Positions 38,277 through 51,360 of a stretch of DNA of 64,000 nucleotides are shown piece after piece. The DNA is from Paragordius varius. Lineage: Eukaryota > Animalia > Nematomorpha. The position numbers and the translations under genes were made by a program. The first letter of the stretch is position 1. Every line of letters starts with the position of its first letter. The stretch spans positions 1,116,001-1,180,000 of the forward strand of contig OZ176057.1 of NCBI GenBank assembly GCA_964247055.1. Reading direction: 5' to 3'. Below the pieces are notes generated by a model. It was not told the DNA's origin, made no database searches, and worked only from the letters and a program-made list of their open reading frames with translations.

Positions 38277-41200
38277 TTTAATTTTTGATGTTTGGAAATA
38301 AAAAAATAAAATTATTTTTTCCTATTTTTTTGAAGGCGATGAAGAAAATTCAAGGGATATTGTTGGAAAATTAAGTGGAATTAATATTGATGAGGTTATA
38401 TATAGTTCATATTTTATATTTATATTCTTTTTTTAAAAATTATTCATATTTTTTTATAATAATCTTAATTTTTACTTAATTTTTACCATATATATGAGCA
38501 TTTACTTTTAATTTTACAAAACAACACTTTTTTTATTCAATCAAACAAAATATTTTTTTTTAATTTCATAGATATAACACATTCGTTTTAGTCCTTCGAT
38601 TCAAATTGGGGTAGTTAAATACCCCAGGCCTGTTTAAAATTAAATTCTTTAAAAAATATGGAAGGAATCGAAACCATGGCAAAATCTTGCACTTATATAA
38701 CATTAATAAACCGAAATATATAAAAAAATTTATTCAAAAATATTTGATATTACTTATTTCAAACTAAAACCGAAAGGTAAAAATTTCGAATCATACAAAA
38801 TAAACCGCTTTTTTATTTCTATCGATGTTAGATGTAATTTAAATAAAATATTACCTTTTACTCTTATTAAATAAGGACGATATTTTGCAAAAATTTTGTA
38901 AAATAAAATGGAGTCGAAGTAGTTTGACATTTTTTTTCAGAGCAAAATTTTATATAGATATTTTGGCTTATTTATATAATTTTTATAAGGATAGAAGCAT
39001 AAATTTGAAATGGGACCGTTTCCTACAGTATTTTTTAAAAAACAAACATTAATTATGTCTGGGGTATTTGGATACCCCATTTGAATCGAAGTGTTAATAA
39101 ATATATCAAGTATATTAAACTTAAAGTGCAAATCAAACATTTTTCTTATAAAAAAAAGTAGTATAACATTTACACTTCAAATTTACTCTCGAACAATTGA
39201 AATTTACCCTAAAATAATTTATTTTTTAAGATCAAAAAATATCTATGTATTTTAAACTTGAAATTTTGTGTGAAATTAATATAATACTGCAAAAATAACA
39301 AACTATGCCATAAAGATATATTTCATATTAATGATGAGTTATATAAGCCTGAAAACACATAAATTATTTTTAGAGTGAATATAAATTGTTCTAGGGTGAA
39401 TTTGAATTGTTTGAGGGTGAATTTGAATTGTTAAATGGTAAATTAGATTATTTCTAACGTGCCTTTCTTTATATATTACACGTCTCAATAATGTTTCATA
39501 TAAACATATTATTATTAATTTTTATCAAAAATTGTTTAAAAATTAAATATTTATATATATATTTATATATTTCTTATTCTAAATTTTATTTTTATGCATA
39601 TAGAATTGTGGTTTACCATTTGCCGTTGTCGGTAGCAACGAATTTGTTAAAATTGGGAATAAAATGGTTCGAGCTCGACAGTATCCTTGGGGAATAGTTC
39701 AAGGTTTTGATTTTTTTGAAACCAAAAAAAAATTAATTTCTTTAAATATATATATATGTTTTGAAAAAAACTATAAACTTTGATAATCTTTTATTTTCAA
39801 AACTAAACTAAACTAATATAGATTGTTGGAATTTATTATGTTTAGTTAACATTATATCCAGGAAATTTATCCCTAACTAAATGAATAAAATTGCAATGTA
39901 AATTAAAAAATTGCATACATACCTTGTCTAAAAACAGTAATATTATATATAACATAAAAATAAATAAAACTTTTAATATATATTTTGTTTAACCTTTTAA
40001 TATTGAAAACAAATTTTATGAATTAAATTTTTTTACATGTACATGTATATATGTGTATAAAATAAATTTGATTTAATATTATAGTCAAAATATAGCAAAA
40101 TGGAGCTATATTCAGTGGTTGAAAAGAAAACAAAATCTATCTAAAACAAAATCTATCATATACCATATACAAATTAAATTCACCCTTGAACAAATCAGAT
40201 TTACCCTCAAATAAATTATATGTTTTTTAAGATTAACAAATTACCTATATTTTTAAATAGTTTTAAAAAATAAAATTTTGTTTCAAATTAAAATAATGAA
40301 AAAATAATAAACTTAGTTCGAACGAAAACATCTAATTTATTTTTAGGGTGAATTTGAATCATTCAAGATGGGTGAATTTAAAATGTTCAAAGGTGAATTT
40401 AAATTGTTCAAAGGTGATTTAAATTGTAAATGGTATGTATATATTAACAATTTAGAAAGAGCAAAAATTTACATGGGTTTTTTTACCATTTCCGTTTAAT
40501 GTTGAATTTTTATATTTTCTGACCCTATACTTTAGTTCAAAATGAACAGTTGTATTGCATGTAATAATATGGTTGTTTTTTTTTTAAGTTTTTTACAAAA
40601 AATTTAGATCTTGTTTAACACAAATGGCTTCGCGGGGGCATTTTTGAATATATAAATATGCATTACAAACATTTTATCGGATTTTTACACTTTATACGAC
40701 TGTAAAAACAAAAACTATTTATTTCAAATTTTTTTCTTTTTTCCAGTTGTTTATTGCCGCCGCCAAAATATTTTGGAAAGATTTGACACGAAATTTTGTT
40801 TAAGAGAAAATTATTTAGATTTTGTAAAATTAAAATTTCATATCGCGGGCATCTTAGATAAACTTTTTGGTAAGCCAATTATTGACAAATTCAAACAAAA
40901 CTAAACTTTTGTTTTTTAAACTTTAAAGCTTGAAATTTTATAAACTTTTAATATACATTAATGCATTTTAATGGTTGCTTATTTCACACACTATAGCGGG
41001 ACAATTTGCAACACAGTAGTGTATGGAAAAAACTATAAAATGTTAAATTAATAATCATTTACTTTATTTTTTCCATACACTACTGTGTTACAATTCGCTC
41101 CACTATAGTGTGAAATAAGCAACTCTTAAAATGCATGTAATTACATAATTTTGAAAATTGTTAAAATAATATACAGTGTTTAATAAATATTAAACTGTTA

Positions 41201-44200
41201 AATAACGCTTTGATTAACTAAATTACAGAGGATATGACATAGTGCTCTTTACTGTATGGTATAAATTTCTTTTTCTATCACATTTTACAGTAAAAATAAA
41301 AATTTTGTTTATATTATGATATTGGTATTTGCGTATATATTGCAATATGTTTGGTAATTTTACCCGTTTTATCGGGTTTTATTGAGAAAATTAATAGTTT
41401 TTTAACTTTGAAAGATTAATTTTTTTAAAGGTGTTTTTTTTTTTTCAATAAATTATTTTATAGTTGAAAATGAACAACATTGCGATTTTGTCAAACTTCG
41501 AGAATTACTTATCCGTACAAATATGGAAGATATGTTAGAAAAAACTCATAGTACTCATTATTTACATTATCGCCTACGTAGGCTCGAATCCATGGGCCTT
41601 AAAGATGAGTTTGATTATGATAATGGCACAGAGAATTCGTCATTGTCCCCTACATTACGTAAAAAAATGCCTTCACTTTTGAATTTGCAGGTATAACTCT
41701 CTTTTTTTACTATTACAGTCAGTAATAAATGAGTTTTTTCCAAAAAAGTGTCTATTAATGGATTTGTAAGATTCATATATATATATATATATATATACCA
41801 TTTACAATTCAAACTCACTCTTTAAATTACTGTTGAACAAGTCAAATTCACTCTTGAACAATTTAAATTTACCCTTGAACAATTGAAATTCACCCTTGAA
41901 CAATTCAAATTCACCCTTCTCGAACAATTCAAATTTACCCTAAAAATAAATTATGTGTTTTCGAACTAATATGACTCATTATTAATATAAAATAAAACAT
42001 GTTATTTATTTGAGAGTGAATTTGAATTGTTCGAGGGTGAATTTGAATTGTTTAAGGGTGAATTTGAATTGTTTAAGGGTGAATTTGAACCTTTGAACAA
42101 GTCAAATTTACTCTCGAACAATTTAAATTCAACCTCAAAGAAATTTTATGTTTATAAGATTAAAAATTACCTATATTTTTTGATATTTTTCAAAAAAGAA
42201 ATTTTGTAATGCTGAAAAAATAATAAACTATGCCATAAACATATATTTCATATTAATAATGAGTTATATCAGACCGAAAACACATAATTTATTTTTAGGG
42301 TGAATTTAAATTGTAAATGGTATATCTATATACAGATTAGAGTTTCTTTTTTTCTTTTTTATTAAATGGTAAGGGCTTAAATTGTATTCGGTTACAGTTC
42401 AAATTCACCCTTCTCGAACAATTCAAATTCAAAAATAAATGTGTTTTCGAACTAATAAAATGTTATTAATATGAAATATATTTGTATGGGGGATAGTTTA
42501 TTATTTAAGTATTATTTAAATTTAAGGGAAAAAATATTTAAAGCTAATTTTTGATTCTTAATAAACATATTATCGTAAAATAAATTGTTCGAGGGGGAAT
42601 TTGAATTGTTTAAGGTGAATTTTAATTGTTCAAGGGTGAATTTGAATCGTTAAAGGGTAAATTTGAATTGTTGAGGGGTGAATTATTTGAATTGTTCAAG
42701 GGTGAATTTGAATTGTTAAAGGGGGAATTTGAATTGTTCAGGGGTGAATTTGAATTGTAAAAGGGTGAATTATTTGAATTGTTCAAGGGTGAATTCTATT
42801 GTTCGAGGGTGAAATTGAATTGTTCAAGGGTGAATTTGAATTGTAAATATATAAAAATTGTATAAAAAATTGTTTCATAGGAAGGATATCACACTAAACG
42901 TCAAGAATTACTACAAGAAATGAAACGCCGAGAAGATGAATTAAGAAAAAGTTTTGTCCAACGTGTTAAAGATAAGGAGTTGGAATTGAAAGAATCTGAA
43001 AAAGAGGTTATATTTTTGGAGGGTTTAAATTACAAAAAAATTATAAGTTAGTTGTTTTATCGGGTGGTTAAAAAGTTGTTTTATCGGGTTAAAAACACTT
43101 TTTTAAGTAATTAACTTTAAACGGAATAACCAACCGAATTAATACTAACTTTGAAAAATTTGCATTTTAAATGACATTTTTAAGGTTAAAACAAAGTGAA
43201 GTTGGAATTGATAGAATCTGAAAAAGAGGTTCATATATTTTTGGAGGGTTTAAAATAAAAAATCCTTTTTTTAAGTTGTTTTATCTCGTTAAAAATACTG
43301 TTTTTTTGTGTTTTTTAATTAATTAATTTTAAACAGGATAACCAACCGAATTAATCTTAAATAAAGCGATTTTTGCATTTTTTTATACTTTTAAGTTTAA
43401 AACAAAGAAAAGTTTGAGTTTAAGAATCCAAAAAAGAGGTTGTATTTTTCGAGGTTTAAAATTATAAAAGATTTCTTTTTATAACTTTTTTTATCATCTT
43501 GTAAAAAAACACCTTAAAACAAAATAACCAACCGAATTAATGCTTAATTTTGAAAGTTATTGATATTTTTAGGTTTAAAACATAGAGAAGTTTGAAAAAG
43601 TGGTTATTTTTTGGAGGGTTTAAAATAAAAAAAATTTTTTTTATAACTTTTTTATCAAGTTAAAAAAATGTTTTTTTGTGTTTTTAATTAATTAATTTTA
43701 AACAGGATAACCAATCAAATTAATGCTTAATTAAAAAAATTTTGCATTTTTTTGACACTTTTTATGATTAAAACAAAGAAAAGTTTGAGTTAAAGAATCT
43801 GAAAAGAGGTTATATTTTTTGGGTTTTTCAAAATTAAAAAAAAATTATTTTTATAACTTTTTTTATCAGGTTAAAATAATGTTTTTTTTGTATTTTTTAA
43901 GTAATTAATTTTAAACAGGATAACTGATTAAATTAATACTTAATTTAAAAATTTTGCATTTTTTTGACACTTTTTATGATTAAAACAAAGAAAAGTTTGA
44001 GTTTAAGAATCCAAAAAAGAGGTTATATTTTTGGAGGTTTTTTAAAATCAAAAAAATTATTCTTATTTTTATAACTTTTTTATTTTGTTTAAAAAAACTT
44101 TTTAAACAGAATAACCAACCGAATTAATGCTAATATAAAAGTTATTGATATTTTTAGGTTTAAAACAAAGAAAAGTTTGAGTTTAAGAATCTGAAAAAGA

Positions 44201-46191
44201 GGTTATATTTTTGGAGGGTTTAAATTACAAAAAAAATTATTTTTATAACTTTTTTTATTAGGTTAAAATAATGTTTTTTTTGTATTTTTTAAGTAATTAA
44301 TTTTAAACAGGATAACTGATTAAATTAATGCTTAATTTAAAAATTTTGCATTTTTTTGACACTTTTTATGATTAAAACAAAGAAAAGTTTGAGTTTAAGA
44401 ATATCCAAAAAAGAGGTTATATTTTTTGGTTTTTCAAAATAAAAAAGATTTCTTTTTATTCGTTGCTTTATCGGGTTAAAAAATACTTTAAACAAAATAA
44501 CCAACCGAATTTATGCTTAAATTGAAGGTTATTGATATTTTTAAGTTTAAAACATAGAGAAGTTTGAGTTTAAGAATCCAAAAAGAGGTTATATTTTTTG
44601 GGTAAAAATTATGTTCTTTTTATAAGTTGTTTTATCTCGTTAAAAATACATTTTAAAACAAAAAAACCAACCGAATTAATGCTTAAATTAAAGGTTATTG
44701 ATATTTTTAGGTTTAAAACATAGAGAAGTTTGAGTTTAAGAATCTGAAAAAGAGGTTATATTTTTTGGGTTTTTAATTAATTTTATAAGTTGTTTTATCT
44801 CGTTAAAAAACACTTTAAAACAAATTAACCAACCGAACTAATGTTAAATTTAAAAGTTATTGATATTTTTAAGTATAAAACATAGAGAAGTTTAGAAACA
44901 AAGAGAAGTTTGAGTTTATTTGAAAAAATAGAGCGGTATTTGGGAGTTTGAAAATGCTATTTTTATTAATACCATTTTTTATCAAGATAAACATAAGGAG
45001 GAATCGAAAGAATTTAAAAAAGATTTATATTTTTTATTTTTTTGCTTTGAAATTAGAAAATTAATTTTTTAAATTTTTTAAGTTATTTTATCACGTTACA
45101 CGGTGCTTTTTAGGCCTTCTTATATGGGTTTATGGTAAAAACGTTAATTAATTAATTATATGCGAAAAACGTGGTATAATTGGATGTTTTAAAATAATTT
45201 TATAGTATAGTAAAAATTGTTGGAATTATACGGACACAACGTAAAAGTATAAATCTAATTTTTTTTTCAAAAGACAACCATACTTTTTTTTAACCTTGAT
45301 TTATTCTGTATTAAAATGATTCAATGACAATCGTAAAATATGTAATTGATATGTACCAATTGAATTCACATTTCTATTTTATATTTAAGGGTTTAAAACA
45401 ATGAATAATATTTTATAAAAATTAAGATTAAAAAAAGTATGGTTTTTGGTATATACAGTAAAAACTGAAATTATACTATACTATGGACAAAATGCAAAAA
45501 TATAAAGACAAATTTTTTTTCAAAAGACAACCATACTTTTCTTCATTAAAACACATTGTTTCAAATCGCATATTTTAGTATTGATATCTATATTGGTAAC
45601 ACAATAAATTATATATTTTATAATTGTAAATATATAATTTATATGAGAAAAATTAGGGATTAAAAAAGTATGGTTATTGTATTTTACAAAAAAAATTTGT
45701 CTTTATATACTTACATTTTGTTTATAGTGTACCATCTACAGTTCAAATTCACCCTTGAACAATTGAAATTTACCCTAAATATAAATTATATGTTTTTGAA
45801 CTTATATAACCCATAATTAATATGAATAAAATCTTTGCATAGTTTATTATTTTTTTAGTATTATTTTAATTAAAAACAAAATTTTTATTTTTTAAAAATA
45901 TATGAAAAGTAATTTTTAATCTTAAAAAACAGATATTTTATTTGAGGGTGAATTTGAATTGTTTGAGGGTAAATTTGAAAATGTTTAAGGGTAAATTTGA
46001 ATTGTAGATGGTATATAAATTTAATTTTTATTCCATAGTTGTACAACAAGTTTGAAAATTTGAAAAAAATGCACAATGATGAAAAACGCAAATTGGATGA
46101 ACGTAAAAAAGCTTTGGAACTTGATATGGAAAATTTAATGCGAAAACGTCAACAGACCCACACCTCTACTATGAAAAAGAAAAAGTTTTAA
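26573..46191 (+). CDS. Sep2: Septin, SEPT6 group (Drosophila Sep2 / vertebrate SEPT6/8/11-like), 470 aa, 11 exons
   Basis: Exons: 26573-26590, 26648-26762, 31868-32063, 33764-33904, 34694-34920, 37620-37670, 38336-38394, 39604-39703, 41464-41690, 42881-43006, 46039-46191 (TAA 46189-46191). Total 1413 nt, in frame, all GT-AG. Motifs: [29 protein letters not shown] (G1), DTVGYG (G3), ISKADT (G4), [35 protein letters not shown] (septin unique element) and a coiled-coil [18 protein letters not shown]. The 18-nt first exon (MTVSKK) and the two small internal exons are the least certain parts. Confidence 0.95.
33180..33763 (+). repeat. ~130-bp tandem array ending at the septin exon 4 acceptor
   Basis: ttttcaagtattttagatttttgaggct..(ta)n..tttataaattaaatttgcagtttaatt repeated about 4.5 times. 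Confidence 0.85.
34921..36570 (+). repeat. Tandem array (~220-300 bp unit, 6 intronic copies) re-copying the 3' end of septin exon 5 and its donor
   Basis: ctccagctataacgga...gaaattaatg|gt recurs, with donor-like GT at 35205, 35506, 35758, 36016, 36318 and 36537. Confidence 0.95.
38578..39093. mobile_element. ~515-bp MITE family A (CAC...GTG ends, TTAA flank, piggyBac-like); representative copy
   Basis: Inverted subterminal repeat cttcgattcaaattggggta at both ends. Other copies: 9868-~10392, 18898-21832 (interrupted), 20607-21161, ~21850-22290 (degenerate), 24551-25056, 60767-61301, partial ~54160-54310. Confidence 0.85.
43007..44960 (+). repeat. Tandem array (~170-230 bp unit, ~10 intronic copies) re-copying the 3' end of septin exon 10 and its donor
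   Basis: gaatc(t/c)gaaaaagag|gttatattttt recurs throughout. Confidence 0.93.
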
Positions 46192-47330
46192 TATTTTCCT
46201 TAAAAAACTAACTTTTTTTTGTTCTTGAAATAATTCACAACACTTTTACTTGTTTCAAAATGAAGTTAATTGAAATGAATCGATTTGTTATGTTGAGTAG
46301 TATAAATTAGTATAAACTACCTCTGGAGTGTGTCCTACACGCGGGCTACATTTGGTCTTTTAAAATATTTTTTAGGTCGTGAGAATTCTTAAATACAATA
46401 TTTTATCGAATTTAAATGGAATTAATTTTCTTAAGTAAATTTTCTGAATAGGTTTTTACAAGTTTTAGCTATGAACTAGCAAAGGTTATTAAAACAAATA
46501 GTATCTTTTACAGTCTTTAAATGTTTAAAATCTAATGGAATATGTGTTAATTTTTTAATTTTAAAGCGTCCCATTGGATTTTTTAATATTATATTTTAAA
46601 CCATAATTTGATTGTATTTGCCAATCTTTTCGAATTTAATAAAACCTTTTCACTAAAAATTTTATGTCAAAAAGTTTGTAATGATTGATTTTTTGGTTAC
46701 CTTTTCAATAATAAAGGCATTTTAAAGGCCATAGAATACATATTTTTTCATTTGACTATATCGCGCGGTTTTATAAAAAATTACCCTTAATGTAATAATT
46801 GTGTAAAATATCAATAAAATTGTTTTTTTAGCTAAAAAAACTTCAAATTTAAAAATATATATATATATTTGTGTTTTTAGATCATTTATGTGAATTGAAC
46901 GGAATGACACGATATTATGTATGATTACTCTGCTTAATAAAACATTTTAATATCGAATATTTATCATTAATAATTTATTATATTTATTAATTTATTTCCT
47001 TATAGAAAATACTATCAAAATTTTTATTCTATTAGCTATATATATATATATATATATATATATCAATTATAACATATGTAAATCAATTTCAAATGCATTA
47101 TTAATATTTTTTTTATATCCCTGTATGTCAAACTGTTCATTTTATTAACAATATATCACATCCAATATTTATAAATTATAGATTAATGACCTACTAAATT
47201 TTTGATATAACTAAAGCGGTTTCAAATGTCCAAATCACATATAAAGATAAAACATAAAAACTAAAGACATTATTTTTCAAAAAACAATTATGCCTTTTTT
47301 AACCATATTATAAACTATAATATTATGATT

Positions 47331-47333
47331 TTG

Positions 47334-47380
<47 letters not shown>
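47331..47380. repeat. (TA)n microsatellite; representative of more than 30 tracts in the window
   Basis: Direct reading. Other tracts at about 8545, 8925, 12590, 12810, 13920, 15290, 23745, 38245, 47040, 51320, 51570, 52035, 57600 and 57720. Confidence 0.95.
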
Positions 47381-47383
<3 letters not shown>

Positions 47384-49872
47384 TAAAACCTATACGGACA
47401 GAACATAAAAATATAAATATCACCTTTTTTTTAAAAAAACAACCATGCTTTTGTATACCTTATACAATGTTTATATTCTATATAATTTGAGAAATGATGA
47501 ATGTTAAAAAATATGGTTGTTTTTTTAAAAAAATATTTACCTTTTAATTTTTACGTTTTGTCTTTATAATTTTCATGTATAAAGAAAAGAGTAGGTTTAT
47601 AGGGGTCATATTTTATTAATTCAAGTTTTTTAAAACGCGTCTTCCAAATGTCATGTAGAGACATAATCAGTCCATCCCACAATGAATTATGCGTGATAAA
47701 AACTAAGTTTCCTTTAAAAAATATGTTTTTTTAAATTTAGATTTTAGTTTTGTTGAAGAATGTATGGTATGTTAAATATGGTTAAACATTATCAAAACTA
47801 AAAAAATACTTTTTCATTCAATTCAATGCTGTAAAATTTTAGTTTTAAGATTCATTTCAGGTAGGATTTCAAAAAACGGAAATTATCGAGAACGGGCGAA
47901 AATTTTGATGTTATTTTTTCTCTATCATCATTTGAAATGGAAAATTCCTTATTAATATCTTAAATATTACCTCCATTATGCTTAAATAACATAAAATATG
48001 CTTATGCCAAATTTTGCTCAAATTGTAAAGTGTGAATTCAAAAATAATTTTTTAATGTTATATCTAGCATATATTTATCGTCCAATCTCGACTTAAATTT
48101 AATAAAACCAGCTCATTTTTGAAGGGTCAATATTTAGGACTACCGATACGCTATATTGATATTTTTAAAATATACTTTATATTATAATAAATTTTTGGAA
48201 TGAAACAATTGACTTCACCACAATAATTATAGACATAATGTGCACTATTCCGATGTTTTGAAGTCACAAAAACTTAAATAACGTTTTAAATCATTGGCTA
48301 GCGCTAATTAGATCAATAATTTTATTTGGTAAACGTCAAATGCTTTATTTCCAAAATATCAAATATATGAGAAAAGCATGAAATTTTAATCTTGGACGTA
48401 AGCTCGGAAAGTCCCATCCTCGTCTAAAATGGGCTGGTTCTATTAAAATAAAAGCAAAAAATGCCGGATTTTGCGATAAAATATTTCAATATACGCTAAA
48501 TCAGGGTGTCTAACACAAATGGCTTGAAGAACCACATTTTCCACCTCAAACTAAGAGCTACATTTGAATTAATATATATCAAGACATAAGTAAATGGTTT
48601 ATTATATAAAAAACATTTACCAATTCGAAATTTTTTCGAATACGTAATATGGTATAGCTATATTCAAAATGGGACTGTCGTTTTCAGAAATATGGCTCTT
48701 TTACTAAATCATAACCAAAAAAGTTTACCCGTGGCAAGTATTCTATTTCACACTGTAAAGGAAAATAAATGAATGTGGTGAGAAAATAAAAAAATTTATT
48801 AAAAAATTTTATGCAATTCAATTTAAAATTTTAGCTTTTTACAAAATTTTACATCGTCACTCAAAAATTAAACTTTCTGATTTTTTTTTCAAAATTTTCA
48901 AAAAGCCACAAGTGGTTCCGGAACCAACTGTTGGAAACCCCTGTACTAGATTATAGCATCAAAATATTTTTGTTTGCGATTTTCGTGGAAGTGTACTTCC
49001 TACTATTTTGAGACATGATAGAAACGATAGAAAAACTCTTTAGAATATTATAAAAACATCTTCTGCTTAATTTGATGAAGCTAAATCACCTCAAGTTTTA
49101 TTGTAGATATTCGTTCGTCTTCAAATTTCTGTTAAATATAATAAGTCTTTATGAATATTCACCTATATTTGAGCAAAAAAAAAAAACCATTAAATATAAA
49201 TTTTGAGATGATAGATAATTTTAGTATCAGTAATATATAGGAAAAAGTTTTTATAGTTTGCCACATCATAAAACTCGCTTCATCAAAATTTATATAAATT
49301 TTTAAACAATACCCATTTTTCGGGAAAACTTTTTTTATATCAATGTTTAGCGAAGCATTTATTCACCTAAAAAATTTATTTAATAAAATGTGTGCAAAAT
49401 TTATCATTTTACGATATGGAGCAAAAAGTGGTAATTAGTTTCTTATATCACTCGTAAGGCTCAAATCTAAAAGCACCATGAGAATCACGGTATTATCTTA
49501 TATATAATTTATTTTATAGTATTCTTTTGTGGACACTGTGCGTATTCAAAACTATGTAATATACTAATCATTTAAACGCCTTCTAAAGATTTGCTTTTTA
49601 TATTCTATTTTCGATATATTATACAATAAATATAGTAATTTAATTTAGATTGTTCATAACTCTAATTCTCTTCATTTTACAATTTCGTATCATCGGCCAA
49701 GGATATTCACAAAATATAAGTTTGATATTACCCTTATATAAAATTGAACCCCCAATATGACCAATTTATTGATTAATATACAATTTTAAATTCTATATAA
49801 TCTAAATCTAATATCCCAATACATAATTCATTAGATATTTATAGTAGATAATAAAATATTAACGCTTTTTCT

Positions 49873-51299
49873 TTACACCGGAGCACGGTTATTTGCGATC
49901 CTATTAGACTGTAAGCCATTTTGTCTTTGCCCATTATTACGATTCGATTGATTGTTGCCGTTATTTTCTGAGTTAGAATTGGATTCATTATCATTTGAAG
50001 CACTCTTCAGCTTGTCGTTTGAACCATTTAAATTGGATACTAAATCAGTTAGGCCATTAGGAGCCCTATTGGAATTAGCGCGATTTGATGAATTTTCATT
50101 TGCACCAAGTCGATTCGAAGCGTTATCATTCACAACATTCTTTGCTCCTTGATCAATATTGGCAGGTATATCATCATTATTATCATTATTGTTACTTGTT
50201 CGCGATGCGCTATTTCTGCCGTTTGAATTACGGTTTGAAGGATTCTCATTATCCCGAGAGTCTTGCTGGTTTCCAGAATTTGAGGTTCCCCGCGATTGAC
50301 CTTGATTAAAATTTCGATTTTGGAAGGGAACTCTATATTGAGAGCCACCTCGCTGGGATTGGCTATTGGAATCACGGTTTTGGGATTGTCCCGCTTGATT
50401 ATTCCCTTGATTCCTTCCAAAAATTCTACCATTTTGATTCAATTGTCCCTGTCTAAAGTTTTGATTACCTTGGATTTGGTTTCTTGCACCGAAATTGTAT
50501 CCACCATTTATTCTCGGTATACCATTTTGGAAACCGGGTGGTCGAAAAATCCCTCCTTTATTACAAAGCGATGGAGCACATTTCAATTTGGCTAAGCAAG
50601 CTTTGGTCGTTGTTGGACAGATCGGTTTTATAATAACAATTGTCTTTTTAACCGGTTTTTTCCCCTTTTTTCTATCACAATTTTTTGGCGTAGTGGTACC
50701 ATCTTCCGTGGTAGTTTTTCTCGGTGCTTTGGTAGTTTTGCATCGTCGAGTGGTTTTGCGACGGCAGGTAGTTTTAGGTGGTTTAGTTGTTCGACACTTC
50801 GTTGTTTTTCGTGGTTTTGTTGGTTTGCAAGTTGTGGTTTTACGTCTCTTACATGTAGTCGTAGCCGGTTCCGTCGTTGTTCTGGGTCGTTTAGTTGTTC
50901 GACATTTCGTTGTTTTTGGTGGTTTTGTAGGTTTGCACGTTGTTGTTTTACGCCTTTTACACGTAGTCGTAGCTGGTTCTGTCGTTGTTCTGGGTGGTTT
51001 AGTGGGTTTACACTTTTTCCCTTTGCCCTTGATTAGAGATGGGATTAGCTTTGGGGATCCTAAAGTAGTGTTTTCCTCCGACCTTTCTGGCTTAAACGAT
51101 TTCTTCAAGGGTAGTTTTACAGCTATTTTCGGAGTTCCTTCACGTTCAACATCTTTTGGTTCCTCCTCTTGTTTCCCAGATTCGGGGGCTCCAATTTTTA
51201 TGGCCTTGAGTATACCGTTCAATTTCAATGCCCCTAATCCATTAACTCCATTTTGTTGACCACGTTTTAAACCTCTACCTTTCACTTCACTGCCAGCGC
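49873..51299 (-). CDS. Orphan low-complexity protein: Thr/Lys/Arg/Cys/Pro repeat domain followed by a Gly/Asn/Gln/Arg/Ser-rich tail (mucin- or glue-like); 5' exon(s) unresolved
   Basis: A 1.4-kb stop-free frame with markedly higher GC than its surroundings. It contains a 36-aa repeat (RTTTEPATTTCKRRKTTTCKPTKPPKTTKCRTTKRP) in about 2.5 copies. A likely acceptor ttgattatag|GC lies at 51301-51300. The TTG start and IYIYIY segment in the ORF track come from a (TA)n tract and are not trusted. Confidence 0.85.
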
Positions 51300-51315
51300 C
51301 TATAATCAATTTGAT

Positions 51316-51360
<45 letters not shown>

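Noticed and set aside
49952-51259. Plus-strand ORFs including the 254-aa Val/Leu/Phe-rich ORF 50495-51259
   Set aside because: Antisense shadows of the Thr/Lys/Asn-rich gene; their composition mirrors ACN/AAR codons.
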